Origin: an uncultured Bdellovibrionales bacterium
GTDB lineage: Bacteria; Bdellovibrionota; Bdellovibrionia; Bdellovibrionales; UBA1609
Direction of reading: 5' to 3'
DNA length: 64,000 bases
Assembly: GCA_938002015.1 (NCBI GenBank)
Contig: CALLAU010000020.1
Coordinates: forward strand, 54,700 to 118,699
Part shown: positions 8,815-19,401 of the stretch, piece by piece
Position numbering within the stretch: the stretch's first letter is position 1
Layout: every line of letters begins with the position of its first letter
Translations under genes and position numbers: made by a program
The notes under the pieces: generated by a model
The model's input: the letters and a program-made list of their open reading frames with translations, nothing else
Databases searched by the model: none
Told to the model about the DNA's origin: nothing

Positions 8815-11800
8815 ATGATGATTAAATATTTTTTAATACTATCTTCAACTCTTTTGTTTCTTTCTGGTTGTCTAACAAAAACAGAAACTAAAGATAAGTT
8901 GTCTGAAATTGGTGAAAGCACATGCTTAAGTGCTAGTGCTATTGCTTATGATGGTATTCAAATCCAATTTGCAATACCGAATGAAGCAATTATGTTTGTT
9001 TTAAAAAGAAATGGTGAAGTAATTCTAGAAACAGATAATAAAGAAGAAACAAGTTTTATTGACAGTGGTTTAATAGAAGGACAAACATATCGTTATAGAT
9101 GTGCTGCTATTATTGATGTAAATCAAGGTTTAAGAGATTTAGGGCAGCAGTTAACTGTGACTCTTGAAGCAAGTACTGCTCCAACATTTGATGGGATTCA
9201 ATCATTAGTTTTAAATGATGTACAATCTGCTACTGTTGGCTGGGCTTTAACTTCTGATCAGATCATTTCACATTATAAGATTTTTAAGTATATAGGAACT
9301 GCAACAGATAGGAGTCAGTTTCCAAGCACACCTGAGGTCATAATTAATGATTTAGCTCAGATGACTGAAGTTATTAATAACCTTGGTGATCAAATTACTT
9401 ATTCTTTTAGGGTTTCAGCATGTAATGCGTCTGATGTATGTGATGAAAATAATGAGACCTTATCTTTAACCATGCCAGATAACGGTGTTCCTGGAACTTC
9501 AGGAGCTACTGGAATCAGTCTTTTAAATGGGAGTGTTAACCTTACGGTTCCATGGACTGATTCTCTAGGGCTAATACAAAGAAGGCGAATATTTAGAGCA
9601 AATGTAAACCTTGGTGAGGCTTGTCCTAGTATTTTTGGTCTTTATGGAAATGTAAATGATGTAGTTATAAATGAACCAAGAGACACTCCAACAACAGTAG
9701 TAGCTTCAGGAACTTTAAATGAAGGTTCAAAGTATTGCTTTATAGTTAGAGACGTAGATTCTTTAAGTCAATCTGAAATGAATATGAATGTTCAATCAGT
9801 AGAAATCGGGGACTTAACTCCTCCAGAATTTAATTCTACTTTGACTCTTCAAAGAGATTCACTAGAGCCTGAAACAAAGCTTAATCTTTCATGGACTGCA
9901 ATGCTAAGAGAAAGCGATGATGCTTTAAATGGAGCTAATGATTACCTGATTTTCTTAAGCTCGGCTGTTCACCCTAATTTACCAGACTCTGATCCATGTG
10001 TGACAGGGTCACAGGTTACAGGATCTCCATTATCTTCATCTCCATATTCATCTGGTTCGACTATTAATTTTGATATTGAAGGTTTAAGTCCTAGAAATAA
10101 CTATAGAGTTTGTGTTAAAGCTAGGGATAGTTCTTTAAATATTTCTTCTCAAAGTCCAAAAGCCTTAATTAGTACAGGAGATAATACGGCTCCGGTTTTT
10201 GCAGGCATTCAGGCTCTAAGGTTTTTAAACGGTAAGCTTGAGTATGATATTATTATTCCAGCTGCAAGTGATGTTAGAAACTATAGAATAACAACGATTA
10301 GAACTAGAGCCTCTGTTGAAAACTCCCCGATTGTTTTAACAAAAACAATTAGTGGTACGGCTGGTCAGACAGTGACTCAAGATTTTACATTAGCTGAAGC
10401 AAGCCTTATAGATAATGATTCTGTTAAAGTAAGAGTAGATGTTTGTGATAATGCAAGTCCTGATTTTAATTCAATTGATAATTGTAGTGCTACAAGTGCA
10501 GAAGAAAGCATTGCAATTCCTGATGCAACTCCACCGGCAAGTTTTAGTGGTATTGTAGCTGCAACACAGGGAAGTACTAACAGTTCAATTCAAGTCTCAT
10601 GGACAGCGCCTCCATCATGGGTTGATTACGTTGGTTTTAAAGTTTCTTATGTAAATGAAGGTGGTAATTTAGTTGGATTAAACAGTTCAAACTGTATTTG
10701 TGCCAGTAATGACTGTGAGTCTAATCCGATCCTAACATGTGAGGTGAGTCAAACTGATGGAGGAGCTTTTTTAGATCCATCAAAACTTTATGAAATGTAT
10801 GTTGCAGCTTTTGACCTAGTAGGAAATTCTACAGAGCAGTACATTCCTTACCAAGGTGGAGCTAAAGTTACTACAAATGCTAGAGCTTCAGATACTATAG
10901 CTCCAATATTTAATGCTAACTTTGTTGGGAGTTATGAGTCTGGTGTAAAGCTTTTATTTGATCAAGCTAGTGATAATCAATACTCAGGAGCTCCAGATAA
11001 CTTAGATATAAGTTATCAAGTTTATAGAAAAGAAGGGGCTACTTTTACTTGCCCTTCAAGCCCAGAGGTTTCTCTTGGTGGTTGTGATGGTTTAAGTGTT
11101 TATGAAAATATTTTGCAAAGTTCATTATCCACTGAAAATGGAAAGCTAGTGTATGTTGATAGTAGTGTTACTGATGGAGTGCATTATTATTATCAACTCT
11201 GTGCGCTAGATTTTGCAGGTAATAGAAGGTGTAATACAGGATCTGTTGGCGATGTTAATGTTCAAGATGTTACTGCTCCAGTAATAGCAAATGAAGCTTC
11301 AAATAAGTCTGTTGGTGGAGGAACATCTTGGACTGTTAATTTTGACATATCTGATAATTCAGCTAGTTACAGTCAGCTTATTGTAAGAGTATATAAAAGC
11401 TTAACAGACTTTCCGGATCAAATATCTCCGGGAACTCCTGTTTATGAATCAGGAAATGGAACAGTTAGTGTAAACCCTTCAACAGGTGCTGCTTCATTTA
11501 CTGACACAGGTACTGCAGATGTTCCAGAAGCTTATTACTTAATATTAGTTCAAGATTTAAACGGGAATAAAGCTTTTTTAGAATTAAGAGATATGCCAGA
11601 GGCACCTGTTATAACAAATGTGACTTGGTCAGCTCCACTGCATCCTGATGGGAACCCTCTGCATGGAATGAATAATTCAAACTCCATTACGATTACTGGG
11701 ACCAATTTAGATCAAATAGAATTTATAAATGAAAGTTCCTCTCCAGCAAGTACCGGTGATAGAAATCACTGTCAGACAAGTAGTATAGTTTCAAGAACTG

Positions 11801-13851
11801 ATACTGAAATTGTATGTGATGGTTCAGGCCTGACAAGATATAGTTTAACTTACACACTCTATTTTTCAGATTATGCAAATAGAGACCTGACCTACGCTTC
11901 AGGCTCTCCATGGAGATATTGTGATTACGCTGACTTTATGGGTATTACAGCTTTAGCAGGTACTGGAGCTTCTAGTAGGCCTTATGTACCTTGCACACCT
12001 GATCATATAAAACAAATTGGAAGAAATGCTGATAACCCAAATAACAGTGAAGATATTATTGGACACTTCTGGTTAGGAAGAGACATTGATTTTTCTGGAG
12101 TTACTGATTTTAACGGAATACCTGTTATGCAAGCAGATGAGTTTTTCTTACATGGAAATAACTACACTATTTCAAATATAACAATTGATAAGAGTTCATC
12201 AAATGAAGAAGCAGCTTTTGTTTTAGGTTGTCAGGGGAGTAACTCACTTGGCAATACAGCCTTTATGAGGTTCTTAAACTTGGATAACATAGTAGTTAGA
12301 ACAGGATCAGCAAGAGGTGCTATCCTTTTATTAGAAAAAAACTGCGATGGGCCTTCAGGACAAAATTTTCTTCAATCAGTAGATGTAACTAACTCAGAAG
12401 TACATTCAGATAATACTGCAGGAATAATTTCAGCTCAGTACAATATTAATAACGATAATGTTTTTGATATAGTTGTTGAGGATTCAAAAATATACTCTTC
12501 TCGTGCCCATGGTACTGGTTTAGGCACAGGTATTTTTGCAGGTATTATGGGACAAACTTCAGGTGCTGTAGCAGATTCAACACTAGATTTTTTACAGTTT
12601 TCTTCTGTAGAAGTAAACCCTTCGCAAAGTTCTGGATTAGAAGTTGGAGACCAGGTAGGCTTAGTAGTTGGGCTTTTAAATTCTCCAAGAGTAACAGTTA
12701 CTGACTCTGAATTAGACGGAATCAATAGAATAAATGGTGCTACTAGTAGTGTGGGGGGAGTTGTCGGTCTTGTAGGTTCAAGTGCTAATAACTTTGCAAT
12801 TACTAATACTAGTATTGATAGCTTGGTGGTAGATACTTCAGGTGTTAGTTCTTTAGATTCTCGTGGAGGATTGATTGGCTACATTGATTCAAACTCTACA
12901 GATTTATTAGTTAGTGATTCTAAAGTTGAAAATAGCAGTATTTCAGGTAATACAAATATTGGTGGGTTTATTGGATATGCAAGTCGTTTAACTGGAGCTA
13001 CTATTAATGGAAGCTTAAGTGAGCCATCCATTAATAATGTCAACCTTAATGCATCAACAGCTTCTGGTGGTGGAATAATTGGTCAGTTAACACAAGCTTC
13101 AGGACCTACTTTATCACAGCTTTTAGTCGTAAATACTAGTATCACTGGTGCAAACTCTTTAGGCGGAATGATAGGGCAGTTTCAAAGTAATGCAAATGGC
13201 TCTTCTATAAATACAGTTGAAAGATGTGCTTTTTATGGCGGAAGTGTGATTGGTGTAACCGGAGCTTTTAGTAACGGTGGAGCTGCAGGGATTATTGGAA
13301 GAGCTCTTGCCACAGAAAATCTTGATATTATTAACAATGCTGTAGCAGACTCGCAGATTCAAGGTAATCCTAATGTTGGAGGCCTTGTAGGCGCTTTTCA
13401 ATACTATAATGATCCAGCTGCAGCACCTGATTATGAACATAAAATAGAAGATAACTATATTAGTGGTGATGTTGTTATTGAAGGAGATAACGGAACTGGT
13501 GGTTTGATTGGAAACTTACTGTATTTTGCTAACTTAGAATCTGGTACGACTATATCTAGAAATGCGATTCATGCAAGAGTTGTGAGTTCAAGCGCAAATT
13601 CAGGCACTTTTGTCGGACGGTTTAATATGACTTCAAACACTAACACATTTGTCTTTGATAATTATTATAGAAATGATTGGACTGGGACTAATGTGGTTAC
13701 AACTAATCCTGCTTTTCCTGAACCTGAAGGAAAAACTGCAGCAGAGTTAGCTGTACAAGCTACCTATGTTAACTGGGATTTTACTAATACTTGGGAAATG
13801 GATGGAGTAAAAGCTAAACTGCAAGTTTTCTCTGGTATTCCTGAGTTATAG
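8815..13851 (+). CDS. Giant surface lipoprotein (1,678 aa): Fn3-like domain array, IPT/TIG-like domain, C-terminal GLUG-type beta-helix repeats
   Basis: Lipobox LFLSGC. Repeated ~100-aa modules carry the W..(P/A)....Y.(V/I) signatures of Fn3-like domains. The segment PVITNVTW...ITITGTNLDQIEF is IPT-like. The last ~550 aa are packed with GG[LFIM][IV]G repeats. The terminal motif is GKTAAEL...YVNWDFTNTWEM. Confidence 0.85.
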   Translation: MMIKYFLILSSTLLFLSGCLTKTETKDKLSEIGESTCLSASAIAYDGIQIQFAIPNEAIMFVLKRNGEVILETDNKEETSFIDSGLIEGQTYRYRCAAIIDVNQGLRDLGQQLTVTLEASTAPTFDGIQSLVLNDVQSATVGWALTSDQIISHYKIFKYIGTATDRSQFPSTPEVIINDLAQMTEVINNLGDQITYSFRVSACNASDVCDENNETLSLTMPDNGVPGTSGATGISLLNGSVNLTVPWTDSLGLIQRRRIFRANVNLGEACPSIFGLYGNVNDVVINEPRDTPTTVVASGTLNEGSKYCFIVRDVDSLSQSEMNMNVQSVEIGDLTPPEFNSTLTLQRDSLEPETKLNLSWTAMLRESDDALNGANDYLIFLSSAVHPNLPDSDPCVTGSQVTGSPLSSSPYSSGSTINFDIEGLSPRNNYRVCVKARDSSLNISSQSPKALISTGDNTAPVFAGIQALRFLNGKLEYDIIIPAASDVRNYRITTIRTRASVENSPIVLTKTISGTAGQTVTQDFTLAEASLIDNDSVKVRVDVCDNASPDFNSIDNCSATSAEESIAIPDATPPASFSGIVAATQGSTNSSIQVSWTAPPSWVDYVGFKVSYVNEGGNLVGLNSSNCICASNDCESNPILTCEVSQTDGGAFLDPSKLYEMYVAAFDLVGNSTEQYIPYQGGAKVTTNARASDTIAPIFNANFVGSYESGVKLLFDQASDNQYSGAPDNLDISYQVYRKEGATFTCPSSPEVSLGGCDGLSVYENILQSSLSTENGKLVYVDSSVTDGVHYYYQLCALDFAGNRRCNTGSVGDVNVQDVTAPVIANEASNKSVGGGTSWTVNFDISDNSASYSQLIVRVYKSLTDFPDQISPGTPVYESGNGTVSVNPSTGAASFTDTGTADVPEAYYLILVQDLNGNKAFLELRDMPEAPVITNVTWSAPLHPDGNPLHGMNNSNSITITGTNLDQIEFINESSSPASTGDRNHCQTSSIVSRTDTEIVCDGSGLTRYSLTYTLYFSDYANRDLTYASGSPWRYCDYADFMGITALAGTGASSRPYVPCTPDHIKQIGRNADNPNNSEDIIGHFWLGRDIDFSGVTDFNGIPVMQADEFFLHGNNYTISNITIDKSSSNEEAAFVLGCQGSNSLGNTAFMRFLNLDNIVVRTGSARGAILLLEKNCDGPSGQNFLQSVDVTNSEVHSDNTAGIISAQYNINNDNVFDIVVEDSKIYSSRAHGTGLGTGIFAGIMGQTSGAVADSTLDFLQFSSVEVNPSQSSGLEVGDQVGLVVGLLNSPRVTVTDSELDGINRINGATSSVGGVVGLVGSSANNFAITNTSIDSLVVDTSGVSSLDSRGGLIGYIDSNSTDLLVSDSKVENSSISGNTNIGGFIGYASRLTGATINGSLSEPSINNVNLNASTASGGGIIGQLTQASGPTLSQLLVVNTSITGANSLGGMIGQFQSNANGSSINTVERCAFYGGSVIGVTGAFSNGGAAGIIGRALATENLDIINNAVADSQIQGNPNVGGLVGAFQYYNDPAAAPDYEHKIEDNYISGDVVIEGDNGTGGLIGNLLYFANLESGTTISRNAIHARVVSSSANSGTFVGRFNMTSNTNTFVFDNYYRNDWTGTNVVTTNPAFPEPEGKTAAELAVQATYVNWDFTNTWEMDGVKAKLQVFSGIPEL

Positions 13852-14067
13852 TTAAATTTAGTAGTTTTTTCTAGATAAGCAGTACGATAAAAATGTGATG
13901 TCTCATGTTGAGAAGAACCATAATAAAAAGCTACACTAACTTTCAAATTCTTAGGGTATATGTATATATTTGAGAATATAGCATAAAGAAGTTAGCCAAT
14001 AAGCTTTATTTTCACTGCTATTTAGAGTAGAGCTTGTGTCTCAAAAAATCAATGCCGATAAATTAAC

Positions 14068-17000
14068 ATGCATACATTAAAAAAATACTTACTATTTTTT
14101 GCATTATTAATTTTATCTGGCTGTTTAACTCAAACAAAAACAGAAGATAAGCTTTCAAAAATTGGTGCTCAAAGCTGCTTAAGTGCAACAGCAGTAGCTT
14201 ATGACGGTGTTATGATTACAATTGATATACCAGATGAAGCTGTTAGATTTATGATTAAAAGAGATGGTGTTCCAATACTTGAAACATCAGATAAAGAAAT
14301 CACTACAAAAATTGATACAGGACTTTTAAAAGGCCAAACCTATAGATATACATGCGCAGCAATTTTAGATGTAAACCAAGGCTTTAGAGACCTTGGTCAA
14401 GAGCTTGTTGTTAATCTTGAGTCTGATACTCCTCCAATTTTTGGTGGTATAACTGACGCTACTCCAGAGGGAGCAAACTCTATTAGAGTTTCATGGGACT
14501 TAGCTTCAGATGAAGTTATTTCACATTATAAAGTGTATAAATACATTGGTATAGCTTCTAATAAAAGCCAGTTTTCAAACTCAGTTGCAGCAACTATTTA
14601 TGATCTATCACTGTCTAGCTTTTTATTAGAAGGGCTTGGAGATCAACTAGATTACTCTTTTAGAGTAGTTGCTTGTAACACGTCTGATATTTGTGATGAT
14701 AATGATGCCATTGAATCTGCAATACTTGCAGATACAGGTGCTCCTTTAACTACAGGTATTTCTGATATAGGCATTATAAATGGTGAAGTAAGACTAACGG
14801 CTCCTTGGGATGATTCAAAAGGTTTAGTTTCAAAAAGAACAGTTTATAGGCTTGAAACAACAACTGGAGCAACTTGCCCAACTACAATTGGTTCTTATTC
14901 ACCAAATGATATTAATGTAGCTATTCCAAGAGATACGCCAGTATCTTTTAACGCACCAGGAAGTATTAATGAAGGTGTTAGGTATTGTTATATCGTAAGA
15001 GATACAGATTCTCTTGCTCAACAAGAAACAAATACAAACATTCGTTTTATTGATGTAGGAGATTTAACACCTCCTGTGTTTAATACCTCATTTAATCTTG
15101 TAAGAGATGTATCTTTTCCTGAAAATCGTTTATTAGCTAACTGGATTGCTATAGAAAATGAAAGTGAAAACGCTCTTGCTGGAGCAAATGAGTATGTTAT
15201 TTATATAAGCTCTTCAATACCTCCTGCTCAACCAGACTCTGACCCTTGTAGTACTGGTAGTCAGTATGGAGCTCCAATTTCAGCTATGTCATTTCCTCAA
15301 GGAATGAATATATCAATTCCAATAAGTGGTTTAAGTAGAAGAAATAACCACAGGGTATGTATTAGGGCAAAAGACTCTTCAGGAAACTTTGCTACAAATG
15401 AACCTAAGTCTTTTCAATCTACAGGTGATGTAACACCACCGCTTTTTAATGGTATTGATAATGTTGTATTTAATGGACTAACTAATAATATTGATGTGAA
15501 CTTTATTGTGCCAAATGATTCTGATGTAAAGAATTATCTAATTAAAATTAGTAGAAATAGAAGTGGAACAGTGACTCAGTTATCAGATATTCCAGTTATT
15601 ATAGGTGTACAGCAGCCAGGGTCAGTTTATACTTATAGTTTAACTCAGGCTCAGGCTAGTGCTCAAAGTGATGATGTACTGACTGTGAGAGTGGATTCTT
15701 GTGATGATGCAAATCCAACTTATAATACAAGTGATAATTGTACAGCTACAAGTGTAAGCAGGAATGTTTTAATTCCGGATTCTGAACCTCCAGCAGGTTT
15801 TCAGTTTATCACATATACTGTTGCTCCAGGTAGTGCAGAAAGCTCTGTTATTGTTAATTGGAGTTCTCCGCCAAGCTGGGATGATTATGCAGGCTTTAAA
15901 CTTCACTATGTTGATGGTGGTGGAAACCTTGTAAATTTAGATAGTTCAGATTGTGTTTGTAATGGCTTAGACTGTAGTTCATCTCCTAAAAACTCATGTG
16001 AAGTTTTTAGAACAGATGGTGCTGTTTTTCTAGACCCGTCAAGACAGTATGAGTTTTATTTAAGTGCTTATGATACAGATGGTTTTTCTACTCAACAATA
16101 TATTGATTACACTGGTGGAAGTAAAAAAACTGCATTTGCGAGAACTAGGGATAAGACAAAACCTACATTTAACGCTGACTTCACGCATGAGATTAATAAT
16201 GGAGTAATTATAAGTTTTTCTCCTGCTACTGATAATCAGTACTCAGGTGCTCCAGATAACCATCAACTTACATATCAAATTTATAGAAAAGAAGATACAG
16301 CGTATAGCTTTCCTTGCCTAACTGGGGATTCTCAAGATCCTGAGTGTGACGGAGCATCGTTACTTATTAGCACACAAACTGAAAGTCAGCTTAGTTTTAG
16401 TAACGGTAAATTTTCATTTACAGATACTAATATTGATGATGGTAAAACATATTTTTATCAAGTTTGTGCATTTGACTTTGCTTACTCTGACTCATCAAAC
16501 CCTTTTAATGGTGATGATTCTACTAATAGACAGTGTCAAACTGGAAGTATTGCTCAAGTGTCTGTAACTGATACCACTCCTCCAACGGCTGATAATGTTC
16601 ATTCAAATAAAAGGGTAGACAGAACTTACTGGACAGTGACATTTGATGTCGGTGATAACAGTCCTTTAGATCAACTTAGTGTAAAAATATACAGAAGTAG
16701 TGTTGATTATCCAGATGAAATGAGCCCCGGCACTCCTTTATATACTTCTCCTACTAGTGTTACAGTGGATTCAATGACTGGTGTAACAAGTTTTGATGAT
16801 ACTGGAGCAGGAGGCCCTGCGGAGTATTATTATTTAGCTGAAGTGAGTGATGCTGCTAATAATAAAGTTTTTATTGAATTCAGAGACATGCTTCCTCCAC
16901 CAATTATAACAGGAGTTTCTTTTATTGGAGGACCATTACCAAACGGAGAGACCCCTCCAACAGTTCTTGAGGCGTCAACTTCTAAACCCGCGCCTAATCA

Positions 17001-18909
17001 AAGAGTGAGAGTTGTTGGAACTGGTTTAGATAATGTGAAGCTTTTCCAGTTAAGAGATAATGACAATCCAAATACCATACGTGCGACTTGTGGGTTAAAT
17101 ATTTTTTATAACACTACTGAAACAGAAGCAATTTGTGATTTTGAAGATAGAGTTCCAGCATTTGGTAAATATAGAATCTTTATTATGAATAGTACAAATC
17201 AAGGTGACCAGCAGTCCTTTATGACAGGGCCTGATGCTATAGAATTTAGAGAATTTTGTGAAATTTATCCTGATAGAAACTCTATGCAAGGTACTGGATC
17301 TGGTACTAACCCTTTTGGAATTTGTTTTCCAGAACACCTTAATTTAATCAGTGCTAGTGGTGAAAAGGGTTTTTTTAGACTATTACAGGATATTGATTTT
17401 GCAACAGATGCTCTTCCAGGATTTACTTTTTCAGGTATAGACACAAATGATACTGATGATATTAAAATAAATGGTAATGGCTTTAGTTTTACAAATCTAA
17501 TTATTGATAGCACAACTGGAGGCCATGCAGGTTTTATAAAAGGTATTTCGAATGCATCTAGTCTGCCAAATCCAGTTTTAGAAGATATTAACTTTATAAA
17601 CAGTACTTTTAATATTAATGGTTCTACAGCTTTTGATGTTGGTTTTTTAATTGGTACTGTTATTTCTTCAGGTACAGGTTTTGTTGAGCCAGTTAAGAAC
17701 GTATCCATTGACGGTTTAACAATAAATCTCGATGTTGGTGCTTCGAATGTTGGTGGAATCTTTGGTCAAGTGAATAGAAATGGGTTTGCTAACATTGAGT
17801 TTAACTCTGGTATTAGTGTAAACAACTTAACTTTGAACTTGAACCCGCCTGTAGCAATTACGACGGCGGGTGGTTTTATTGGAAGAATAGGCCTTCGAGG
17901 GAATGATATAAAAATTGATGGTGTTCAAATGAGTAATATCACGATTAATCAAAATGCTAATGTAATTTATTTGGGGGCATTTATCGGTATACATGGTGTA
18001 ACTTCAAACACTACTGGAAGTTGGACTATTTCTAATAATGATTTAACGAATTTAAACCTAGTAAAGACTGTAAGAAGCAATAATATTGGAGGACTTATAG
18101 GTTATCAAAACATGCACTCTAGCTCAGAATGTTTAGGCGCATGTGTAATTAGTGATAATTTTGTTGATTTTAATTATGATGGAACAGCTTTAACAAATAA
18201 CAGCACAGCTATTGGTGGTTTAGTCGGGTTTGCAGATATTGCAGATGGTGCATCCATTTTAAGAAACAGAGTTGATTTTAACTTTAGAGGATCTGGTAGT
18301 GATGCTTCTGTTGGTGGCCTTTATGGTACTATGCGCAGTAAGCAAAGATCTGATTACTCTTCTTTATCAGAAGTTTTTATTGAGGAAAACCTGATTGAAG
18401 CTGATGTGCTTGGTGTGGGTTCTCGTTTAGGTGGTATTGCGGCTAATTTTTTAGCTACTATTGCAACTGAGAATTATACTTATAAATTTAGAAATAATAA
18501 AGTATCGGCACTTAATAACTTTGCATCTCTTGATGAATCTTCAGCTACTTTTGGAAGGTGTTCAATAGGAAGCGGAAGTGTGAACAACATTTTAGATATC
18601 GAAAACAATTTACTTCAAACAAAGTATAATGGTAGTGGACTTGAGTATGACCCTGTTATGTCAAATGATGCTGGTGGTCCTTGTGTAGATAGTCCAGGAT
18701 TACTTACTATTAACTTAAGTAAAAACTACTATGATACAACACTATCTGGAGGTTTAAGTGTTTTTGAGGCAACTGGAGAAGCAGAGGGTAAAACAACTAC
18801 TGAGTTAAGAGCAGCTCCAAGTTCTAGTGTTTATGATACATGGGATTTTACTAATGTATGGAGAGATCGGTCAGGTAGTAGCCAAGTGCCAAATCACTTG
18901 TGGCAGTAA
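14068..18909 (+). CDS. Giant surface lipoprotein (1,613 aa), tandem paralogue of 8815..13851
   Basis: Lipobox LILSGC. It is collinear with the upstream gene for about 1,000 aa (for example GQTYRYTCAAILDVNQGFRDLGQ, GDLTPPVFN, PDSDPCSTGSQ, DNQYSGAPDN). The GG[LF][IV]G repeat region is divergent. It ends in GKTTTEL...YDTWDFTNVW. Confidence 0.85.
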   Translation: MHTLKKYLLFFALLILSGCLTQTKTEDKLSKIGAQSCLSATAVAYDGVMITIDIPDEAVRFMIKRDGVPILETSDKEITTKIDTGLLKGQTYRYTCAAILDVNQGFRDLGQELVVNLESDTPPIFGGITDATPEGANSIRVSWDLASDEVISHYKVYKYIGIASNKSQFSNSVAATIYDLSLSSFLLEGLGDQLDYSFRVVACNTSDICDDNDAIESAILADTGAPLTTGISDIGIINGEVRLTAPWDDSKGLVSKRTVYRLETTTGATCPTTIGSYSPNDINVAIPRDTPVSFNAPGSINEGVRYCYIVRDTDSLAQQETNTNIRFIDVGDLTPPVFNTSFNLVRDVSFPENRLLANWIAIENESENALAGANEYVIYISSSIPPAQPDSDPCSTGSQYGAPISAMSFPQGMNISIPISGLSRRNNHRVCIRAKDSSGNFATNEPKSFQSTGDVTPPLFNGIDNVVFNGLTNNIDVNFIVPNDSDVKNYLIKISRNRSGTVTQLSDIPVIIGVQQPGSVYTYSLTQAQASAQSDDVLTVRVDSCDDANPTYNTSDNCTATSVSRNVLIPDSEPPAGFQFITYTVAPGSAESSVIVNWSSPPSWDDYAGFKLHYVDGGGNLVNLDSSDCVCNGLDCSSSPKNSCEVFRTDGAVFLDPSRQYEFYLSAYDTDGFSTQQYIDYTGGSKKTAFARTRDKTKPTFNADFTHEINNGVIISFSPATDNQYSGAPDNHQLTYQIYRKEDTAYSFPCLTGDSQDPECDGASLLISTQTESQLSFSNGKFSFTDTNIDDGKTYFYQVCAFDFAYSDSSNPFNGDDSTNRQCQTGSIAQVSVTDTTPPTADNVHSNKRVDRTYWTVTFDVGDNSPLDQLSVKIYRSSVDYPDEMSPGTPLYTSPTSVTVDSMTGVTSFDDTGAGGPAEYYYLAEVSDAANNKVFIEFRDMLPPPIITGVSFIGGPLPNGETPPTVLEASTSKPAPNQRVRVVGTGLDNVKLFQLRDNDNPNTIRATCGLNIFYNTTETEAICDFEDRVPAFGKYRIFIMNSTNQGDQQSFMTGPDAIEFREFCEIYPDRNSMQGTGSGTNPFGICFPEHLNLISASGEKGFFRLLQDIDFATDALPGFTFSGIDTNDTDDIKINGNGFSFTNLIIDSTTGGHAGFIKGISNASSLPNPVLEDINFINSTFNINGSTAFDVGFLIGTVISSGTGFVEPVKNVSIDGLTINLDVGASNVGGIFGQVNRNGFANIEFNSGISVNNLTLNLNPPVAITTAGGFIGRIGLRGNDIKIDGVQMSNITINQNANVIYLGAFIGIHGVTSNTTGSWTISNNDLTNLNLVKTVRSNNIGGLIGYQNMHSSSECLGACVISDNFVDFNYDGTALTNNSTAIGGLVGFADIADGASILRNRVDFNFRGSGSDASVGGLYGTMRSKQRSDYSSLSEVFIEENLIEADVLGVGSRLGGIAANFLATIATENYTYKFRNNKVSALNNFASLDESSATFGRCSIGSGSVNNILDIENNLLQTKYNGSGLEYDPVMSNDAGGPCVDSPGLLTINLSKNYYDTTLSGGLSVFEATGEAEGKTTTELRAAPSSSVYDTWDFTNVWRDRSGSSQVPNHLWQ

Positions 18910-18923
18910 AGTAATAAAATAAA

Positions 18924-18949
18924 AAAGGCTAACCATTTGGTTAGCCTTT
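18924..18949. terminator. Bidirectional intrinsic terminator
   Basis: AAAGGCTAACC-ATTT-GGTTAGCCTTT forms an 11-bp perfect stem. On the minus strand it is followed by TTTTTTATTTTATT, which serves the csp gene. It also lies 15 nt after the stop of 14068..18909. Confidence 0.8.
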
Positions 18950-18981
18950 AAAAAATCAAATATTAAAATTTAATATAAAAA

Positions 18982-19176
18982 TTATTGAGCTACTTTAACA
19001 TTAGTTGCACAAGGGCCTTTTTTGCTCTCGCCTACTTCATACTCAACTGTATCACCATCTTTTGGCTCTGTTCCTTGAATTTCTGAGATGTGGAAGAAAA
19101 TATCGTTTCCGTTTTCCGGTGTGATAAATCCAAAACCTTTTGTGCTGTTAAAAAACTTTACTGTACCTTTGTTCAT
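18982..19176 (-). CDS. cspA: Cold-shock protein (CspA family)
   Basis: 64 aa. GTVKFFNSTKGFGFI contains the RNP-1-like KGFGFI motif, and DIFFH is the RNP-2-like motif. Confidence 0.9.
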   Translation of the reverse strand: MNKGTVKFFNSTKGFGFITPENGNDIFFHISEIQGTEPKDGDTVEYEVGESKKGPCATNVKVAQ

Positions 19177-19401
19177 TTGTATTCCTTTTACTTATCGTAT
19201 TGTATTTAAATTAGATCTACATTTGATCAATTTATTGAAATAATACAAGGCAAATCATCATAATTCTTAAATTAATCCTGTTTGTTAGGGGAATACTAAC
19301 AAAAGAGTGAAAAAGAGTCTTTTGATGCTTAATAAATAGGCTTTTATTGCATGACTCTATCCTTCTTTACCGTCTTCTTAGACTTGTTATGCTCACTAGA
19401 T

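Noticed and set aside
8700-8921. A 73-aa minus-strand ORF overlaps the promoter and 5' end of the first giant gene. A similar ORF lies at 13764..13946.
   Set aside because: Both overlap the well-supported lipoprotein signal-peptide coding region or the 3' end of the giant gene. The translations are low in complexity and have no SD.
11723-17708. Antisense or off-frame ORFs inside the two giant lipoprotein genes (11723..11911, 12435..12725, 13159..13440, 16346..16567, 17095..17337, 17265..17708), including a 147-aa one.
   Set aside because: All are embedded in long, paralogue-supported sense ORFs. Long antisense frames are expected opposite Gly/Thr/Ser/Asn-rich repeat coding. None shows a motif or a start context.
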